Source: Desulfosudaceae bacterium
GTDB taxonomy: Bacteria > Desulfobacterota > Desulfobacteria > Desulfobacterales > Desulfosudaceae
DNA length: 64,000 bases
Assembly: GCA_963674745.2 (NCBI GenBank)
Contig: CAXXDV010000003.1
Coordinates: 160,001-224,000 of the forward strand
Reading direction: 5' to 3'
The position numbers and the translations under genes were made by a program. The notes under the pieces are model-generated. The model made no database searches. It had not been told where the DNA came from and saw only the letters and a list, made by a program, of their open reading frames with translations. This document shows, one piece after another, positions 57,890-64,000 of the stretch. Within the stretch, counting starts at the first letter, position 1. The number at the start of each line of letters is the position of its first letter.

Positions 57890-60193
57890 ATGAAACCCAT
57901 CACAGCTATTTTGTTCAGCATGTTTCTGTTTGCTTTTTTGTTTGCGGGTTGCGCGGGATCGCAGGTCCGCAATAAAGAGACGCCTGTTGCCGATGACCAG
58001 GTCAGGTATGAGGTCGTCACAACGCCCTTTGGTGACATTAAAAGAGAGGTCCGGCAGACCGATGCAGACACGGCTGAAGCCGTAGCGGAAAGATCCGGAC
58101 TTGAACCGGAAGAAGGCTTCGAGATCATATCCACGCCCTTTGGCTATATCAAACGAAAGAAGCTGCCGGACTCGCCCGACGCCTCGGCTGTCGCTGAAGC
58201 GGCATTGCCTCAAGAAGCCCTTTCGCAACCCGGAATTGAGTCCAAATCCGTCTTGGCCGCCGAACCGGTCAAAATACCGGAACCGGTAAAAACACCGCCG
58301 GCAGCAGAGGAAATATCCGCCTCTGAACCCGTCAAAAAAGAGGCTCCTGCCAAAACCGGTGACATCAGTTTTGATTTTGACGAGGCCGAGCTTGCTTCGG
58401 TCATCCGGGTCATGGCTGATTTTTTGGAAATAAACTACATTATTGACCCTGGCGTGGGCGGCAAGGTGACGATTCATACGGCCGGTCAACTGAACGCGGC
58501 CGACGTTTTCCCTGTTTTTTATCAGACCCTTGAGGTGAACGGGCTGACGGCCATCAAGGAGGGAAATGTTTACCGGATCACAACCCTCAAAGATGCATCC
58601 CGTCAACCACTTACCACCCGCCTTGCCGGGGACAGAAAAAAGATCCCGCCCGAAGAACGCATCGTTCTTCAGATCATACCCCTTAAATATATTTCTGCCG
58701 AAGAGGTGACCAAAGTCATCACGCCTTTTATTTCAGCCGACGGAACGATTATTTCAGAGGGAAATTCAAATGCGCTCCTGGTGGTTGATAAAGGTATCAA
58801 TATTCTCAAAATTCTCAAGCTGGTAGCGGCCTTTGACGTCAGTGTGTTTGAAAGGACAAACTACCGGTTTTACACGCTGGAAAATGCCAATGCCGAAGAT
58901 GTCTCAAAGACGCTGGGCGAAATATTACCGCAGTCCTCGGGTGGAAACGGCCAGGTGCGGTTTATCCCCATTAAATGGTTGAACGCGGTGCTGATCGTCA
59001 GTTCAAGTGATGATGTGTTTGACCGGGCCGACAGCCTGATCGACCAACTGGATGTTCCCGGCGAAGGTTCCCAGCCCCAGATTTACGTATATTCGGTCAA
59101 AAACGGGATGGCGTCCGATCTCGGTGATACATTGCGCGCTATTTTCGGCGCGACCGGGCAAAATATTCAAGCCGATCAACGGGAAAACGTAGCGACCAAC
59201 CCGTTTGCCAGAGATGTCGCGAACAGCAAAAAAGAAACCGGTGAAGCGGAACCAAATACCGCGACGGTTTCGACCGCCAGGCCGGCCGCGACGCCCTCAG
59301 ACCCTTCGGCCACCTTGCGGGGAGACATCCGGATCACCGACGATCAGATTCGAAACGCCCTGATTATTGAAGCGCTTCCCGGCGATTACAAGGTCGTTGA
59401 GCGGCTTCTTGAACGCCTGGATATTCTGCCCCGGCAGGTGCTGATCGATGTGACCATCGCCGAGGTCTCCCTTGGCGAGGGAACGGAACTGGGTATCGAG
59501 TGGACATTCAAGAAAGATGATTGGAGCGAGGAGGGCTCTTTGTCGGCCTTGATCGGTGGTACCGGGCTTCAATACGTCCTGGGGCTGTCGGAAAAATGGC
59601 AGGCTGCGCTGCATGCCCTGGCCGATGACAGCAAGCTGAATATCATTTCTACACCCAGTGTGCTGGCATCGGACAATAAACAGGCGAAGATCGATGTGAC
59701 CACGGAAGTGCCCATTCCCAGCACCAGCTACACTTATGTGAACGAGGGTGACAACCTGCTCGAGACCAGTGTCGAGTACAGGGATACCGGGGTGATCCTG
59801 GAAGTGACGCCGCATATCAACGAGTACGGACTGGTCACCATGGATATCAGCCAGGAGGTGAGCAACGTCGGGGCTCTGGTAAAAGTGGCCGGAGAGGACT
59901 ATTACTCTTTTGACCGGAAAAAGATTTTGACTTCGCTGACGGTTAAGCACAACCAGTCGATTGTCATCGGCGGGCTGATCAGCAATGAACGGAAAAACGC
60001 TTCCTCCGGCGTGCCCTGGCTGACCAAGGTCCCGCTTATCCGCTGGTTTACGGGAACGGAGAAAAACGAGGCGTCCAGATCGGAACTGATTGTCATGATT
60101 ACCCCCCACGTTATTACCAGCCTTGAGGATGTGGATACCATCAGCCGGGAGTTTGCGAACAAAATTTCGGATTTTCAAAGGGCGTTTGAATAA
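57890..60193 (+). CDS. gspD: Secretin GspD (lipoprotein)
   Basis: N0 'FDFDEAEL', 'LDILPRQVLIDVTIAEV', 'DTGVILEVTPHIN', 'IGGLI', 'GVPWLTKVP', 'ELIVMITP'. Lipobox 'LFAGC'. Confidence 0.95.
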   Translation: MKPITAILFSMFLFAFLFAGCAGSQVRNKETPVADDQVRYEVVTTPFGDIKREVRQTDADTAEAVAERSGLEPEEGFEIISTPFGYIKRKKLPDSPDASAVAEAALPQEALSQPGIESKSVLAAEPVKIPEPVKTPPAAEEISASEPVKKEAPAKTGDISFDFDEAELASVIRVMADFLEINYIIDPGVGGKVTIHTAGQLNAADVFPVFYQTLEVNGLTAIKEGNVYRITTLKDASRQPLTTRLAGDRKKIPPEERIVLQIIPLKYISAEEVTKVITPFISADGTIISEGNSNALLVVDKGINILKILKLVAAFDVSVFERTNYRFYTLENANAEDVSKTLGEILPQSSGGNGQVRFIPIKWLNAVLIVSSSDDVFDRADSLIDQLDVPGEGSQPQIYVYSVKNGMASDLGDTLRAIFGATGQNIQADQRENVATNPFARDVANSKKETGEAEPNTATVSTARPAATPSDPSATLRGDIRITDDQIRNALIIEALPGDYKVVERLLERLDILPRQVLIDVTIAEVSLGEGTELGIEWTFKKDDWSEEGSLSALIGGTGLQYVLGLSEKWQAALHALADDSKLNIISTPSVLASDNKQAKIDVTTEVPIPSTSYTYVNEGDNLLETSVEYRDTGVILEVTPHINEYGLVTMDISQEVSNVGALVKVAGEDYYSFDRKKILTSLTVKHNQSIVIGGLISNERKNASSGVPWLTKVPLIRWFTGTEKNEASRSELIVMITPHVITSLEDVDTISREFANKISDFQRAFE

Positions 60194-60253
60194 CGGTAAA
60201 ATGGGTTTGTTCACAGGTGAGAAAAACCCCGGCCTGGAGAGAGGCACGTGTTA

Positions 60254-60657
60254 ATGTTTGAGTGTTTAAGTGGTTAGGTGATTAAGTGGTTATGGGGTTG
60301 TGGGGTTAGATTCGGAGGGCTGAGAATTAGAGGCTTTAACGGTTTTGTGATTATGTGGTTATGTGATTAAGTGTTTAAGTGATTATGACCCGGGGGATTG
60401 AGAGACAGAATCTTTGAAGTATAAAGGTTGAAATATAAATGCTAAAGACGTTAGATGTTAAATGTTTAAGTGAATATAGGCTTGTGCGTTTAAATGGTGG
60501 TGTGAAGAAAGGCTGAAGCTTTACTGAAACCTCGAGCACTTAACCACCTAAACACTTAAACACATAAACTTTTAAGTGACACTGTTACTTATCGGTTTGA
60601 TACCGGGTTTTGCCCGGTTTGGACGCTAATCATTTAACCACATAACCACTTAATCAC
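60254..60657. repeat. Nested inverted arrays of family 1 octamers (GTGDTTAN / NTAAHCAC)
   Basis: Forward arrays at 60254-60309, 60347-60386 and ~60455-60477. Reverse arrays at 60540-60568 and 60626-60657. Confidence 0.88.
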
Positions 60658-60697
60658 GTTTTATGCGAGGTTAACGACTATTTTTCGTACATCCTTT

Positions 60698-61639
60698 ATG
60701 CCACGACTGCTCTGGGGGCGGCTGCTTCTGGTTGCCCTCTGCCTTTCTTCGGCTTGGGTTACCGGCGTACCCGGCGCGGATGCCCGCAAGCCCGGGGTAG
60801 CCGTGTTTGTCTCCCGGGATATCATGCCGTATATCGCTGCCGCGGAGGGCATGAGCACGGTTCTTGCGGAAAATGCCGTTGCGTCAGTCGAAGTCTTTTC
60901 TCTTGAAAAAATTAAAGGCAAAAGCCGGGACCGGCTCATGGAAAGGATCGAGGAAGATGAATTCGCCCTTTTTATCGCCATTGGCCCTGAAGCAGTAGAA
61001 CTGATTTCGGAAAAAGCCGCGCCGGAAAATAGGAACTGGTTGTATTCCATGATTTTAAACCCGCCGGAGGTGTCTGAGGCGGCGGCAACCGCCTGCGGGG
61101 TGTCTCTGAATATTCCGGCCTGGAAACAGCTGGAGATGGTTTCCCTCGGCCTTCCCACCGCCAAACGGCTGGGGCTTCTTTATGATCCCCGCTACAACGC
61201 GTCGTTTTTCGCCGATGCTACGGCCCAGGCCGGTTTATGCAAACTGGACATCGTTCCCTTGCCCATATCGTCCAAAAAAGACATTCCGGCGGTTTTAAAA
61301 CAGAACTGGGACAATATCGACGCTTTATGGCTGATTCCCGATCAGACGGTCATCTCGGAAAGTATCGTGCAGTATATCATCAAAGAATCGCTTTTCCGGG
61401 ATACACCCGTCATCGGTTATAACCGTTTTTTTTATGAAAGTGGCGCGGCACTGGCGTTTGTGTTTGATTATACGGACATCGGCCGGCAGACCGGGCGGAT
61501 GGCGGCCGACGTGCTCAAGGGGAAACCATGCGAGAAGGCCATGCCTGTTTTCCGGGTCTGGCAGAACCGGCGGGTGATCAATAAACTGGGGTTGAGTATT
61601 AGTGAAAACCAAACATCACCCATAGAGGCCGGGCCATGA
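60698..61639 (+). CDS. ABC-type substrate-binding protein (ABC_sub_bind/DUF534-like), no permease nearby
   Basis: Signal peptide, 'IAIG', 'GVSLNIP', 'LGLLYDP', 'DALWLIPD', 'IGRQTG'. Confidence 0.8.
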   Translation: MPRLLWGRLLLVALCLSSAWVTGVPGADARKPGVAVFVSRDIMPYIAAAEGMSTVLAENAVASVEVFSLEKIKGKSRDRLMERIEEDEFALFIAIGPEAVELISEKAAPENRNWLYSMILNPPEVSEAAATACGVSLNIPAWKQLEMVSLGLPTAKRLGLLYDPRYNASFFADATAQAGLCKLDIVPLPISSKKDIPAVLKQNWDNIDALWLIPDQTVISESIVQYIIKESLFRDTPVIGYNRFFYESGAALAFVFDYTDIGRQTGRMAADVLKGKPCEKAMPVFRVWQNRRVINKLGLSISENQTSPIEAGP

Positions 61640-63024
61640 AAAATCCGGGCATACATGTCAGGGTTCTGCTGGCCACGATGGTAATGATCAGTGTGTCGGT
61701 TTTTACGCTGAGCTATATAGGGGTCAGCCTGACCCATCAGTTCGCCCAGAGACGATTTGTCGAGCATATATCGTTTCTGGCAAAGTATGTTGCGCTGAAT
61801 GCCGAACTGGGCATATTATTGGACGATAAAGGTATGCTTCAGCGGCTGGCCGTTAACCTTCTATCTGAAAGGGACGTGGTTGGCGTGGTGATATTGGACA
61901 GTTATAACCGGGAACTCATCCGTGCGCCGGAAGGTTTTCCCCATGACTACCCCCTGATGGAAACGCCGGTTTACCTGACGGAAACACGTGAAGAGAGCAA
62001 AGCCTTCGGTTATGATGGCAGCGCGGCGGATCGCCTGATCGGAAAGGTCCAGATACGATACAGCACCAAAGGAATAAACCAGCTCTGGGAAACGATGATG
62101 GTTTATTTTATCAGTATCGCGGTCGGGCTGACCCTGATTTCAGCCCTGGTTTTCTACTTTATTTCCCGTTCCCTGGTGGCGCCGGTTAAAGCCCTGGCGC
62201 GTGCGGCCGGCCGGGTGGCCAGCGGCAATTTCAATTCCCGGGCCGAGCCGGGAAACCTGCCGGAGACAAGGGAGCTGGCGGTGGCTTTTAATGTCATGCT
62301 GGATTCACTGGAAAGACACCGGCGGTCTCTTGAAAAAGCCAAAGAGCAGTCGCGACGGCATAAGACGCTGGCCGAGATGGGTGAATTTTCATTGATGATC
62401 GCCCACGAGTTTAAAAACCCGCTGGGCATTATCAAAAGCTCTGTTGACGTGTTGAAAAAGGATTTTGCCATTCCCTCGGGCAACACCCTGGTGTTCTATA
62501 TCGAGGATGAGGTGATGCGGTTAAACCGCCTGATCGGTGAGTTCCTGATGTTTGCCCGTCCGGTGGCGCCGTCTTTTCAACAAACGGATTTAAATGCCCT
62601 GTTAACCGAAATCGTGACCCGGTTTGATCTGCAGAAAACAGGCACACCGCCTCAAATCAAAGCGCGGATACCGTCTGATGCCTGTCCGGCGCAGGCGGAC
62701 CCCGACCTGTTGATCCGGGCCATCAGTAATATCATCAAGAACGCCTTTGATATCAACGGGGATGATTGTGTGGTGTGGGTTACGGCCAGTCGGCAGGCCG
62801 ATACCTGGGTGGCGGAAATCGCTGATAACGGGGAAGGCATTGCCATAGAACATATGGCCAAAGTGTTCAATCCTTTTTTTACCACCCGCAGCAAGGGGGC
62901 CGGCCTGGGGCTTGCATATACCTCCCGGGCGGTCGAGGCTCATGGCGGTGTGATCAAGGCCGGCAACCGGCCTGAAGGCGGCGCCCTGTTCCGGGTGAAG
63001 ATACCATTGTCGAAGCAACAGTGA
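61636..63024 (+). CDS. HAMP-domain sensor histidine kinase
   Basis: Two TMs, HAMP, 'IAHEFKNPLG', 'NIIKNA', 'DNGEG', 'FFTTRSKGAGLGL'. Confidence 0.93.
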   Translation: MKNPGIHVRVLLATMVMISVSVFTLSYIGVSLTHQFAQRRFVEHISFLAKYVALNAELGILLDDKGMLQRLAVNLLSERDVVGVVILDSYNRELIRAPEGFPHDYPLMETPVYLTETREESKAFGYDGSAADRLIGKVQIRYSTKGINQLWETMMVYFISIAVGLTLISALVFYFISRSLVAPVKALARAAGRVASGNFNSRAEPGNLPETRELAVAFNVMLDSLERHRRSLEKAKEQSRRHKTLAEMGEFSLMIAHEFKNPLGIIKSSVDVLKKDFAIPSGNTLVFYIEDEVMRLNRLIGEFLMFARPVAPSFQQTDLNALLTEIVTRFDLQKTGTPPQIKARIPSDACPAQADPDLLIRAISNIIKNAFDINGDDCVVWVTASRQADTWVAEIADNGEGIAIEHMAKVFNPFFTTRSKGAGLGLAYTSRAVEAHGGVIKAGNRPEGGALFRVKIPLSKQQ

Positions 63025-63035
63025 GGTAAATATAT

Positions 63036-64000
63036 ATGGCCCGTATACTGGTGGTAGATGATGAAGAAAAAATGCGCCACCTGCTGTCTATCATGCTTGG
63101 TCGGCAGGGGTATCATGTCGAGGAGGCGGGAGACGGCCAACAGGCGCTGGAGATGATCAAGGCCACGCCGTTTGATATGGTTATAACCGACATCAAGATG
63201 CCGCGCATGGACGGGGTAACGCTTTTGAAGAAGATTATGACGATGGATATTCCGCCGCCGGTGGTGTTTATAACGGCTTATGCCACGGTGGATTCGGCTG
63301 TCGACGCCATGCGCCAGGGCGCGGTTGACTATATCAACAAGCCCTTTGAAGAGGAACGGATACTGCTGACGGTGGAAAAAACCCTCGGCCTGTCCCGAAT
63401 TATGGCTGAAAACAGAAGCCTCAAAAAGGAAATCCTGCAGGCGGGCAGTGACGAAATCGTCTATGCTTCCAAGGAAATGGCCAGGGTTATGGATAATGCC
63501 ACCATGGTCGCCGAAGCAGATGCCGCCGTAATGATCGGCGGTGAATCCGGAACGGGAAAAGAGTTGCTGGCCCGTTATATCCATAATACCAGCCCGCGAT
63601 GCAAGGAACGGTTCGTACTGTTGAACTGCGCGGCCATTAACCCCAACCTGGTGGAGTCGGAACTGTTCGGTCATGAAAAAGGCTCATTTACCGGGGCGGT
63701 ACAGAAAAATCTGGGAAAATTTGAGTATGCCCATAAAGGGACCCTGTTTCTGGACGAGATCGGTGAACTGTCCCTTGAGGCCCAGGCCAGGCTTTTACGC
63801 GCCCTGCAGGAAAAAAAGATCCAGCGGGTGGGCGGCAACGAAGAGATCGCCGTTGATATCCGTTTTGTCTGCGCGACCAATCAAAGCCTGGAGGAAAAAG
63901 TGAAAAAGGGGACATTCCGCGAGGACCTGTTTTTCCGTATCAACGTTTTTCCCCTGGTGCTTCCCCCGCTTCGTGAGCGCAAGGACGACGCTATTCTTCT
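63036..64000 (+). CDS. Sigma54-dependent response regulator (NtrC family), truncated by the window end
   Basis: Read from DNA: MARILVVDDEEK..., 'TDIKMP', 'GESGTGKE', 'ESELFGHEKGSFTGA', 'LFLDEIG', 'FREDLFFRINV'. Confidence 0.93.
   Translation, partial: MARILVVDDEEKMRHLLSIMLGRQGYHVEEAGDGQQALEMIKATPFDMVITDIKMPRMDGVTLLKKIMTMDIPPPVVFITAYATVDSAVDAMRQGAVDYINKPFEEERILLTVEKTLGLSRIMAENRSLKKEILQAGSDEIVYASKEMARVMDNATMVAEADAAVMIGGESGTGKELLARYIHNTSPRCKERFVLLNCAAINPNLVESELFGHEKGSFTGAVQKNLGKFEYAHKGTLFLDEIGELSLEAQARLLRALQEKKIQRVGGNEEIAVDIRFVCATNQSLEEKVKKGTFREDLFFRINVFPLVLPPLRERKDDAIL

Noticed and set aside
57656..60247. Two 316-aa minus-strand ORFs
   Set aside because: They are antisense shadows of the gspC-like gene and gspD.
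60254..60657. Possible CRISPR array
   Set aside because: The units are 8-bp tandem degenerate repeats with no unique spacers, and there are no cas genes in the window.

Overview
This 64 kb window is gene-dense bacterial chromosomal DNA. Gene content points to an anaerobic, fatty-acid/lipid-degrading Desulfobacterota organism (Desulfobacterales-like); that assignment is inferred from protein families, not from a marker gene. No rRNA, tRNA, CRISPR array, transposase or prophage was recognised. In order, the window holds: a TetR regulator; an exported hypothetical; a neutral-ceramidase lipoprotein divergent from a 2-hydroxyacyl-CoA dehydratase pair; moeA; an acyltransferase; an MBL hydrolase; two thiolases; pabA plus a pabB-pabC fusion; three membrane protease/TPR genes; hsp20-lon; PPi-PFK; an acyl-CoA ligase; and a hybrid kinase. 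Then come an 8-gene aromatic amino acid operon using the archaeal-type aroA'/aroB' route, a ParA-like pair, ugd-uxs-gmd-fcl, an 11-gene type II secretion cluster, and a binding protein/kinase/sigma-54 regulator module. The strongest unannotated signals are four. (1) A 28-aa leader peptide with 11 consecutive Phe/Tyr/Trp codons and a complete 1:2/2:3/3:4 attenuator in front of the aro operon. (2) A phased cluster of about 11 DnaA-box-like TTATNAACA nonamers at 8.3-8.65 kb. (3) Two families of intergenic tandem octamer arrays, one arranged as nested inverted arrays and one bracketing gmd. (4) A TPFG peptide motif shared between the GspC-like protein and the secretin.
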